Source: Candidatus Bathyarchaeota archaeon
GTDB taxonomy: Archaea; Thermoproteota; Bathyarchaeia; Bathyarchaeales; Bathycorpusculaceae
Assembly (NCBI GenBank): GCA_963815095.1
Contig: CAWFFH010000003.1
Span: forward strand, 960,001-1,024,000
DNA length: 64,000 nucleotides
Reading direction: 5' to 3'
The notes under the pieces were generated by a model that saw nothing but the letters and a program-made list of their open reading frames with translations, had not been told where the DNA came from and did not search any database. The position numbers were made by a program, and so were the translations under genes. This document shows positions 55,893 through 64,000 of the stretch, in pieces (the first letter of the stretch is position 1; each line of letters opens with the position of its first letter).

Positions 55893-57329
55893 ATGCGTAG
55901 AGGCTTCATTTCAGTAATCGTTCTTCTTTTCATAATTTCTTTAACTATACTGCCGTCTGCCACCGTGAAAGCTCAATCCAAAACCATCATTGTCCCAGAT
56001 AATTATCCAACTATTCAAGCGGCTATTGATAATGCCAGTGCTGGTGATACGGTATTTGTGAGAAGTGGGACATACAACCAAAACATATCAATCGGCAAAT
56101 CCATTAATCTAATCGGGCAAAACTCTCAAACTACAAAATTGATAATGCCGCAATTTTACGTTTTCCATAATGGTCCTGCGGTTGCTCCACCACCTACCTA
56201 TGTTATTAACATTAATGCCAATGAAGTTACCATCAGCAATTTCACCGTTGAAAACCCCAACTATGGTGGAATTGGAATAAACTCTAACGGCGACGGAAAC
56301 CAAATAAACAGAATAAATTTTGATTCAGAAGAAATTGGCTTAATCGTAACCGGTTCTAATCAGTATATATCCAACAACCTAATTGCCAATGCAACACCTG
56401 GAATTCAAAGCAGCGGTTCATACAACCAAATTATCGACAATACAATTTCAAGCATCTCAGGTCAAATGTTCCTAAGTGGTTCAAATAACTTGTTTGCTGG
56501 AAACCAAATTACAGATAAAGCCTGGACTTTAATTTACTTGAAAAACGCATATTCTACCATCATGTATAATAATACTTTAAACAGGGCAGATATCGAACTG
56601 CAAAATTCTAATTCTAACATAATTTATAATAATACCCTAAACGGCGGCTATTTAGGAGTAGGTTATGACAAGTCACCGGCTTCAAGCAACCTTATAGCCA
56701 GAAACATAATAGAGAACACAAGGACTGATGGCGGAATAATCGTGTTTTCTGGGTCAAATAACGAGTTTTACGGGAACTTGGTTACCAGCAACAAAGTCGG
56801 ATTAGCTCTTGGTTTGACTGGAATTGGAGTGAATGAAAACAACGAGTACAACAATGTTTTCTTTTACAACATGTTTGTCAAAAACTCCGAGGGGAATGTG
56901 GTAAATCGGCAATTGGTCGATTCTAATTCTTTTGACAATGGGACGGTAGGCAATTATTGGGATGATTACTTAACTAAGTACCCTAACGCTACTGAGATAG
57001 ATAATTCTGCAATAGGAAATACACCCTACATTGTTCACAATAATGTAACGGATAATTACCCGCTAATGATGCCTTTTGACCTATCGAGTATAACCATTCA
57101 GTTTCCATCGTGGATAAATTCACTACCAAACTTGCGTACAACACCTACTTTTCCAACAATGACCACGCATAACACACAACCAAGCCCAACATCGACACCT
57201 TCTCCAACGCCCACAATTCCAGAGTTTTCTTGGTTAGCAATTTTACCCTTCCTCATTTCTATGCTTTTAGTTGAAGTGATACTCGGACATCGAAAATCGA
57301 CTTCATTGTGTAAGTTATCTATAAACTAA
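55893..57329 (+). CDS. NosD/right-handed beta-helix surface protein with PEF-CTERM-like anchor
   Basis: IVPDNYPTIQAAIDNA..GDTVFVRSGTY; GNYWDDY; IPEF-TM-HRK. Confidence 0.88.
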   Translation: MRRGFISVIVLLFIISLTILPSATVKAQSKTIIVPDNYPTIQAAIDNASAGDTVFVRSGTYNQNISIGKSINLIGQNSQTTKLIMPQFYVFHNGPAVAPPPTYVININANEVTISNFTVENPNYGGIGINSNGDGNQINRINFDSEEIGLIVTGSNQYISNNLIANATPGIQSSGSYNQIIDNTISSISGQMFLSGSNNLFAGNQITDKAWTLIYLKNAYSTIMYNNTLNRADIELQNSNSNIIYNNTLNGGYLGVGYDKSPASSNLIARNIIENTRTDGGIIVFSGSNNEFYGNLVTSNKVGLALGLTGIGVNENNEYNNVFFYNMFVKNSEGNVVNRQLVDSNSFDNGTVGNYWDDYLTKYPNATEIDNSAIGNTPYIVHNNVTDNYPLMMPFDLSSITIQFPSWINSLPNLRTTPTFPTMTTHNTQPSPTSTPSPTPTIPEFSWLAILPFLISMLLVEVILGHRKSTSLCKLSIN

Positions 57330-57667
57330 AATCTAAACGAAAAGCTTGATAAACTTAACTTTGTGCATTTTTTACGAATAAGCTCTTTGAAATCCTATTG
57401 AATGGACTTTTATTTTTAAGAAAACTTTTAGCGTAATGGTTAGCCTCTTTTTCTTTCGTTCTCTGGGACATCTCTATACTCCTTACCTCAATGAGGTGAT
57501 GGTAAAGCTCATTCAAAACTATTTGTTTACTCAGACCACCCTTCTTAAAACACGCGGTATTTTTTAGATAGGAACCCAAATAATTCTTGCTAACTTTTTT
57601 GCCGTCCAAAACTATCTTCACAACAAAGCACAACTTAAAGAGTCAATAACATGGTCTGCGCAATGGG

Positions 57668-58078
57668 TTACCAGCTTCGCAGGACTATCATGGTGTTGGT
57701 TTTCATTATGCCTTCGACTCGGCGGATTTTTTCAATACACTCGTTGACTTCGGTGACGTTCATTCCGCTGATGACTGCGACGATGTCGTATTCGCCTGTA
57801 ACTTCATAGATGGTTTCAACGTTTGGGATTGCTTGAATTTTCTTGGAGACTTCTTGGGTTGGGTAAGCTGGGTTTGTTGCGAGTAGCGTGATGGCTTGGG
57901 CGCCTTCTGCTACGCCGATTTTAACAGTGAATTTTCTGATGACGCTTTCGTCTGTTAAGGTTTTGATTCTTTTGCGTACTGCGCCTTCAGATAAGCCTAC
58001 TTTGGTGCCTATGTCGCCGTAGCCTGCCCTTGCGTCGTCTTTTAGGATTTTGATGATTTGCTTGTCTTTTTCATCCAT
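57668..58078 (-). CDS. lysM: Lrp/AsnC regulator LysM
   Basis: MDEKDKQII..DAR..LSEGAVRKRI; YEVTGEYD; divergent from the lysW operon. Confidence 0.88.
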   Translation of the reverse strand: MDEKDKQIIKILKDDARAGYGDIGTKVGLSEGAVRKRIKTLTDESVIRKFTVKIGVAEGAQAITLLATNPAYPTQEVSKKIQAIPNVETIYEVTGEYDIVAVISGMNVTEVNECIEKIRRVEGIMKTNTMIVLRSW

Positions 58079-58322
58079 TTTTTAGCCCAGTGAATAGTGG
58101 AGTGGAAAAATTTAACGTTTTCCATACATTTTCTTACTGGATAGTGCGGATTTCGTTGCAGATTCGCAGTTAAGGTGCGTTTTTATCTATTTAATCTTGA
58201 AAAGTGTTGCACCAAATGGGACATTAAAAGTCCAAGTTGTAACAAATTCGTCAAAATGTTTAAAAGAAACTGGAAATAATCTGAATGACATTTCCAATAA
58301 ATAAAAAAGTGACGAATAAAAA

Positions 58323-58529
58323 ATGATTAAACCCGTAAACTCAAATCAACCAAACGCAAAAGCAAAATGTCCAGACTGCGATGCAGACCTTGATGTTCCA
58401 GCTGACACAGAGAAAGGCGAAATTGTAAGTTGTCCTGGCTGTGGTCTTGAACTTGAGGTTAAACAGATAAAATGCGGTTGCGTTGACCTTCAAGAGTTAA
58501 CTATTGAAGGCGAAGACTGGGGCGAATAA
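58323..58529 (+). CDS. lysW: Amino-group carrier protein LysW
   Basis: CPDC..CPGCG..EDWGE C-terminus. Confidence 0.95.
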   Translation: MIKPVNSNQPNAKAKCPDCDADLDVPADTEKGEIVSCPGCGLELEVKQIKCGCVDLQELTIEGEDWGE

Positions 58530-58594
58530 ACAGTATCTTCCACCAAACCAATCTCTTGCGTTAAATCACCTTTTTAAGGTAAGTTTTTTCATGG

Positions 58595-59791
58595 ATGCTG
58601 AAAGCGATGAGCATTGCACTTTTGTATGAGCGCTCGGAAAACGATGAAAACGGCATAAAGCTCACCGCCAAACAACTCGGTATAGATTTAACTTTTATTC
58701 CATTTCGAAAAATTGCCTTAGCAATCTCCAAAGATGGTTTTAGTGCTAAAACCAAAGGCAAAGACTACACAGGCATTATAGAAAACACCGATGTTGTGCT
58801 TAACCGTGCCCAAAGCAAAAACCGGCGCCTCCAAGCCTCATACTACATGGAGATGCTGGGCAAAAAAACCCTCAACACCTCCCAAGTTGAATTCGTCTGC
58901 TACAGCAAACTCCGCACCTTGTTGAACCTGCATAAAGAGTGCATTCCGATTCCAAAAACCGTTTTTGTCCCCTGCGACGCATCAGACATGTTGAAGAATG
59001 GGAAAGAAATCCATAACGAAAAAGACATCGCCGACCTCTTCGAAGCAGAAATTCCCATAGACAAAGGCATAGTCATCAAGGCTGATGCTGGAACTCATGG
59101 CAAAATGATTATGCTTTCCAACAATCGCGAAGAGCTTGAGGCAAACATCAAGGAAACAAAACCAACTATCATTAATCCCATTGGCGTTGTCGCACAGGAG
59201 CTGGTGCAGAAATGGTTCTACGACTTACGAATAATCGTTTCCAAAGAAAAAGGCAAGCAGCCCGTTTGCTACCACACCGCGATGGCGCGTGCAGGCTTTA
59301 AAGATTTCCGCACAAACACTTTCCTTGGTAATCTAGTATTCCACTCTAAACTGCCTTTGAGTATTCAGGAACTTGCAGTGAAGAGTGGCAAAACCCTGGG
59401 TGAAGGTAGTGACGCTTGGATATTCGCGTTGGATGCGATGGTCAACGTCGGCGAAAATAAACAAGTCGATGATACTTATCTCAAGGGAGAACTTGACAAA
59501 GCTGGGCAAGCGTTTGGTCCTGTCCAGAAAGTTAAGGCAGACGAGACCCGCTTAACTGATTTTGAAACATGGACGGGTAAGCTGGAAAAAGCTTTTAACG
59601 GTTATAAGAACTCGGAATCATACGAAAACATTAAGAATATAATTGAAGAAAGCGTAGAAAAAAATAAGAGTGAACTGGTGTTTCATGAGTGCAATTCTTG
59701 TCCCGAATTCTGGGAGAATACAAGACTTGCTACTGGGCTTAATGTGGCTATTCCACTGTTGAAGGGCGCTCAGAGCCTCATCGATCATTAA
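58595..59791 (+). CDS. lysX: LysX/ArgX-type ATP-grasp ligase, atypically long
   Basis: Position after lysW; VLNR, IPKT, QE..DLRI, FRTN..G, ECNSCPEF. Confidence 0.75.
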   Translation: MLKAMSIALLYERSENDENGIKLTAKQLGIDLTFIPFRKIALAISKDGFSAKTKGKDYTGIIENTDVVLNRAQSKNRRLQASYYMEMLGKKTLNTSQVEFVCYSKLRTLLNLHKECIPIPKTVFVPCDASDMLKNGKEIHNEKDIADLFEAEIPIDKGIVIKADAGTHGKMIMLSNNREELEANIKETKPTIINPIGVVAQELVQKWFYDLRIIVSKEKGKQPVCYHTAMARAGFKDFRTNTFLGNLVFHSKLPLSIQELAVKSGKTLGEGSDAWIFALDAMVNVGENKQVDDTYLKGELDKAGQAFGPVQKVKADETRLTDFETWTGKLEKAFNGYKNSESYENIKNIIEESVEKNKSELVFHECNSCPEFWENTRLATGLNVAIPLLKGAQSLIDH

Positions 59792-59814
59792 TCAAATCAT
59801 TAGAGGAAAACAGA

Positions 59815-60867
59815 ATGCGAATAGGAATAATTGGTGGTTCAGGTTACGTTGGCAGTGAACTGTTAAGACTGCTGCTCATGCACCCAGAGGTAGAAGTAAC
59901 AATGGTTACTTCGCGGCAGAGCGCAGGGGAATACGTTTTCAATGTACATCCCAACCTTAGAGGCTTAACTCAGCTAAAATTTGTACCTCAAGACATGGCT
60001 GAACTCCAGAAGAACTGCGACTTAGTCTTCACAGCGACCCCACACGGAGGTTCCGTAAACCTTGTTCCCAAACTCTTAGAGACCGGTTTGAAAGTAATCG
60101 ATATGAGCGCCGACTTCCGTCTCAAAAACCCCGCTGACTACGACTCCTACTACGGCTGGAAACACGCTCACCCAGAAATGCTCAAAGAAGCCGCCTACGG
60201 CTTGCCAGAACTCCATCGGGAAGAAATCAAAAAAGCCAAGCTAGTGGCTTGCCCCGGCTGTATGGCAACATCAGCAATTCTTGGCTTAGCTCCAATAGTG
60301 AAAGCAGGCTTAATTGACAACAGCAAAATAATTGTTGACCTAAAAGTCGGTTCTTCAGGCGGCGGCAGTAAACCAACCCCCGCATCACACCACCCCGAAC
60401 GCTTCAGCGGCGTCCGCCCCTACCAAGTCACAGGTCACCGCCACACCGCCGAAGTCGAACAAGAGCTAACCGCACTCGCTTCTGAACCAGTCAAAATCGG
60501 ATTCACACCCCACGCCGTTAACATGGTGCGCGGAATTCTTGCTACCATCTACGCCTTCCCCAAGCAGCCCATCACCAGCAAGGACCTCTGGAAAGCACTC
60601 CGAGGCATGTACGGCACCGAACCTTTCGTACGCTTAGTCAAGTATCAGAAGGGACCATACCAGCTTCCTGACCCCAAGATTGTCACAGGTACAAACTATT
60701 GCGATGTTGGCTTCGAAATCGACGAACACGCTAACCGACTCATAATGTTCTCAGCCATCGACAACATGACTAAAGGCGCAGCAGGACAAGGCGTCCAATG
60801 CCTCAATCTACTTATGGGAATAGACGAAACCACAGGCCTTAAGAGCACTGGGTTCCACCCGGCGTGA
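59815..60867 (+). CDS. lysY: [LysW]-aminoadipyl/glutamyl-phosphate reductase (LysY/ArgC)
   Basis: GGSGYVG, SADFRL, YGLPE, PGC, GSSGGG, HRH, DNMTKGAAGQ. Confidence 0.95.
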   Translation: MRIGIIGGSGYVGSELLRLLLMHPEVEVTMVTSRQSAGEYVFNVHPNLRGLTQLKFVPQDMAELQKNCDLVFTATPHGGSVNLVPKLLETGLKVIDMSADFRLKNPADYDSYYGWKHAHPEMLKEAAYGLPELHREEIKKAKLVACPGCMATSAILGLAPIVKAGLIDNSKIIVDLKVGSSGGGSKPTPASHHPERFSGVRPYQVTGHRHTAEVEQELTALASEPVKIGFTPHAVNMVRGILATIYAFPKQPITSKDLWKALRGMYGTEPFVRLVKYQKGPYQLPDPKIVTGTNYCDVGFEIDEHANRLIMFSAIDNMTKGAAGQGVQCLNLLMGIDETTGLKSTGFHPA

Positions 60868-60873
60868 TTAACC

Positions 60874-61683
60874 ATGCTGTTTGTTATTAAGATGGGCGGA
60901 AGTATCCTAAAAGAAGGAGCCTCAACCGACCTAATCGCCGACCTAAAAGAAGTTGCAAAAACCAACAAAATTATCCTTGTTCACGGCGGAGGTGTCGAAG
61001 TCACCGAAATCGCTTCCAAGTTGGGCAAAGAACAAAAATTCATCATGTCCCCTGAAGGTTTTCGCAGCCGCTATACCGACAAAGAAACCATAGAAATCTA
61101 CACCATGGTTATGGCGGGCAAAATCAACAAGCAAATAGTGTTAGCCCTGCAAAGCCAAGGTATCGCAGCTGTCGGTTTGAGTGGACTTGACGCGGGAATA
61201 TTGAAAGCCGAACGGAAAACCAAGCTGATCGCGGTGGACGAACGCGGAAGAAAGAAAGTCATGGACGGCGGCTATACAGGCAAAATTACTCAAGTCAATA
61301 CCGAATTACTAAACCTGTTGCTTGGGAACGGTTACCTGCCAATAGTGACGCCTATTGCACTCAGCCAAGACTTTGAGCCTCTAAACGTAGATGGCGACCG
61401 AACCGCAGCCATAATCGCAGGTGCCCTAAAAGCAGACAAACTAATCCTCTTAACCGATGTTGAAGGCTTAATGCTGAAAGGTGAACGGGTTCCAAAAATT
61501 GCGGCAACCGAGGTCAAAGAGGTCTTATCCAAAATCGGTGGCGGTATGAGCACCAAAATCCATGCTGGACTAGAAGCCCTAAATCAGGGAGTCAAAGAAG
61601 TCCTAGTTACTTCAGGAACTATTAAGCAGCCGATTACTTCAGCTATCAATCATCAGGTTGGAACTGTGATAACCAGTGAATGA
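60874..61683 (+). CDS. lysZ: [LysW]-aminoadipate/glutamate kinase (LysZ/ArgB)
   Basis: KMGGS, VHGGG, SRYTD, NVDGDR, GGGM..K. Confidence 0.95.
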   Translation: MLFVIKMGGSILKEGASTDLIADLKEVAKTNKIILVHGGGVEVTEIASKLGKEQKFIMSPEGFRSRYTDKETIEIYTMVMAGKINKQIVLALQSQGIAAVGLSGLDAGILKAERKTKLIAVDERGRKKVMDGGYTGKITQVNTELLNLLLGNGYLPIVTPIALSQDFEPLNVDGDRTAAIIAGALKADKLILLTDVEGLMLKGERVPKIAATEVKEVLSKIGGGMSTKIHAGLEALNQGVKEVLVTSGTIKQPITSAINHQVGTVITSE

Positions 61684-62887
61684 AAAAACTATAATGGAAA
61701 CTGAAAACCGCTACTTGGCAAACGTCTTCGCCAAAAAACCAGTTGTAATTACTCGCGGCAAAGGTGCGCTTCTATGGGACATCAACGGCACAGAATACGT
61801 CGATTGCGCCAGCAGCTACGGTGTTGCAGCTTTGGGTCATTGTCACCCAAAGATTGTGGCGGCAGTAAAAGCTCAGGCTGAAAAACTCATCACCTGTCAC
61901 AGCTGCTATTATAACGATAAACGAGCAGAATTTATAGAGAAATTAGTGAAGATAACGCCTAAAGGTTTGGACAAAGCTTTCCTCTCAAATAGCGGGGCTG
62001 AATCAGTTGAATGCGCTATAAAACTTGCCCGCAAATACACTGGAAAACCCGAAATTATCGCTATGATGGGTGCGTTCCACGGTAAGACTATGGGCGCCTT
62101 GTCGGCGACTTGGGATAAAAAGTACCGCGAACCCTTCATGCCTCTCATACCAGAAGTTAAGCACGTTGCTCCAGATAATGCAGATAAAATCCGCGAAGCC
62201 ATAACCGACAAAACCGCCGCTGTCCTCATGGAGCCGATTCGTGGTGAAGGCGGCGTTCGTGTTCCGCCAGATGGCTATTTGCAGGCAGTGCGGGAGATCT
62301 GCGATGAAAAAGGTGTTCTGTTAATCTTTGACGAAGTTCAAACGAGCTTTGGTCGTACTGGTAAACTGTTCGGTTGCCAAAATTGGAATGTTACTCCCGA
62401 TGTTATGTGTTTAGCAAAACCTTTCGCTGGAGGGTTACCAATTGGCATAACTGTGGCAAAAGAAAATGTCATGTCTGCGCTAAAAATTGGTGAGCACTCG
62501 ACCACTTTCAGCGGAAGCCCCCTGGTTTGCGCAGCAGGATGCGCCGCAATAGATGCACTCTTGGAAGAAAAGTTGGCTGAGAAAGCCGCTGTTAACGGCA
62601 AATATTTCAAATCACAGTTAGAGGGGTTTCAGGCTAAGCATAAAATCATCAAGGAAGTCCGCGGATTAGGCTTAATGTTAGGCATGGAGCTTCGGTTTGA
62701 TGTTCACAACGTTATCTTGAAGGCCCAGGCAAAGGGTGTTTTGATACTGGATGCGGGCAGAACCGTAGTTCGCCTATTGCCCCCACTTGTAATCGAGAAG
62801 CAACAAATTGACAAAGCTATCACAGTTTTAGATACCATTATAGGAGAAGAAGAAAATGAGCGAGCAAGCAATACGGTTCCTAACTAA
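61676..62887 (+). CDS. lysJ: [LysW]-semialdehyde transaminase (LysJ/ArgD)
   Basis: NSGAE, FHGKT, EPIRGEGG, DEVQT, AK, HSTTF. Confidence 0.93.
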   Translation: MNEKTIMETENRYLANVFAKKPVVITRGKGALLWDINGTEYVDCASSYGVAALGHCHPKIVAAVKAQAEKLITCHSCYYNDKRAEFIEKLVKITPKGLDKAFLSNSGAESVECAIKLARKYTGKPEIIAMMGAFHGKTMGALSATWDKKYREPFMPLIPEVKHVAPDNADKIREAITDKTAAVLMEPIRGEGGVRVPPDGYLQAVREICDEKGVLLIFDEVQTSFGRTGKLFGCQNWNVTPDVMCLAKPFAGGLPIGITVAKENVMSALKIGEHSTTFSGSPLVCAAGCAAIDALLEEKLAEKAAVNGKYFKSQLEGFQAKHKIIKEVRGLGLMLGMELRFDVHNVILKAQAKGVLILDAGRTVVRLLPPLVIEKQQIDKAITVLDTIIGEEENERASNTVPN

Positions 62888-63992
62888 CCTCTTAGGTATC
62901 TATAGCCCATCAGGCAAGGAAGAGGATGCAGCTAACTTCTTAGATTCCGAAATGAAGAAGATGGGATTTGAAGTTGGCAAAGACACCATGGGAAATGTAA
63001 TCGGTGTAGTCGGGGAGGGCGAACCCGTTATCCTTTTGTGTGGTCACATGGATACAGTGGCTGGGCATATGCCGCTTCGCATTGAAGAAGGCAAAATCTA
63101 CGCTCGAGGCGCCGTCGATGCGAAGGGTCCACTTGCAGCTATGATTATGGCTGCCCTCGCCGCAGACAAAGAGCCTGGATTTAAAGGCAAAATCTTGGTC
63201 GCTGCAGTCGTTGAAGAGGAAGCTACCAGCCGAGGCGTCAAGCATCTCATCACACAAGGAATTACAGCCGATTATGCAGTTTTTGGTGAACCCAGCGGCG
63301 TCGAAAACGTAACCATTGGCTACAAAGGACAAATCCAACTAAAAATAGTCCTCAAAACCGAGACCGGACATGCCTCCACACCCTGGCTCTATGATAATTC
63401 TCTGGAAAAATCCTATGAGCTTTGGCAACAAATCAAAAATGCCTCTTCATATCCATCGCTCGATCCTTCAGCAAGCCCATACAACGCTGTCACAGCATGT
63501 TTAGTTAAAATGATTGGTGGCAGAGCCACCTCAGTGGTTCCTTTTGAGGCAGAAATGAACCTCGACGTTCGAGTTCCCATTCAGTTCTCGACAGCTCAGG
63601 TGTTTGAGCAGATAACCAAAATAATCACAAAGTACCAAGCTGCCAATCCAAAAGTTAACGTTAAAGCAACCGTTCTTGACACAGTTGAGCCTTTTGAAGT
63701 TAACAAAGCTTCACCTCTAGTCCACGTTTTGGCCTCGTCTGTACGAAAAGTGCTAAACAAACCCGCAACGCTTCTACACAAAACAGGAACCGGCGACATG
63801 AACATTTTGGGAAAAGCCATGAACCTCCCCATAGTCACTTATGGACCTGGCGACTCTCACCTTGACCACACCTTAGACGAAAACATCGAAGTAAGCGAAT
63901 ACTTAGATTCAATTGCTGTCTACAAAGAAATGCTCTTTAAACTATCAGAGTTGCATAACAACAAAAACGTCGGCAACCAAGCAGTCCAGTAG
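62856..63992 (+). CDS. lysK: [LysW]-lysine/ornithine hydrolase (LysK/ArgE, M20 family)
   Basis: GHMDTV, RGAVDAKG, EEE, GEPSG, GTGDMN, YGPGD..DH. Confidence 0.93.
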   Translation: MSEQAIRFLTNLLGIYSPSGKEEDAANFLDSEMKKMGFEVGKDTMGNVIGVVGEGEPVILLCGHMDTVAGHMPLRIEEGKIYARGAVDAKGPLAAMIMAALAADKEPGFKGKILVAAVVEEEATSRGVKHLITQGITADYAVFGEPSGVENVTIGYKGQIQLKIVLKTETGHASTPWLYDNSLEKSYELWQQIKNASSYPSLDPSASPYNAVTACLVKMIGGRATSVVPFEAEMNLDVRVPIQFSTAQVFEQITKIITKYQAANPKVNVKATVLDTVEPFEVNKASPLVHVLASSVRKVLNKPATLLHKTGTGDMNILGKAMNLPIVTYGPGDSHLDHTLDENIEVSEYLDSIAVYKEMLFKLSELHNNKNVGNQAVQ

Positions 63993-64000
63993 GTTTTAGA

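Noticed and set aside
57355-57633. 92-aa ORF downstream of lysM
   Set aside because: No motifs, no RBS, AT-rich; cannot be supported.
58140-58265. LysM operator between lysM and lysW
   Set aside because: Expected from context, but no convincing palindrome could be identified by eye.

Overview
Archaeal chromosomal segment, most consistent with Bathyarchaeia (inference from eukaryote-like topoisomerase IB, HMf-type histone, two Alba genes, Ftr, aRF1, aIF2-alpha, a LysW-type lys/arg operon and several PQQ/NosD surface proteins). It holds about 60 CDS and three tRNAs (Thr-GGT, Leu-TAG, Ala-TGC). No rRNA, CRISPR array or intact transposase/integrase was seen. Best candidate for an undescribed system: an operon at 45.5-50.1 kb in which a membrane-anchored DUF2207-like protein ends in a predicted cytoplasmic tail with 10 Cys in 21 residues (CVCACAACACACACVSCACAC-AGGGGH) and is followed 2 nt later by an RRE(PqqD-like)-radical SAM-SPASM enzyme, suggesting RiPP-like modification of a membrane protein tail. 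Other notable signals: (1) every tRNA is trailed by degenerate copies of its own 3' end that divide the downstream DNA into small gene cassettes, with deleted Zn-finger integrase relics beside tRNA-Ala; (2) an 18-aa H1/histone-tail-like Lys-rich micropeptide gene divergent from the histone, plus a second 22-aa one; (3) a ~600-bp non-coding, strongly strand-skewed element in two inverted copies; (4) a stand-alone hairpin with a bulge-helix-bulge-like motif; (5) a GTCAA-N6-TTGAC motif at fixed spacing from the TATA box of three surface-protein genes. All assignments come from reading motifs by eye, with no database searches.
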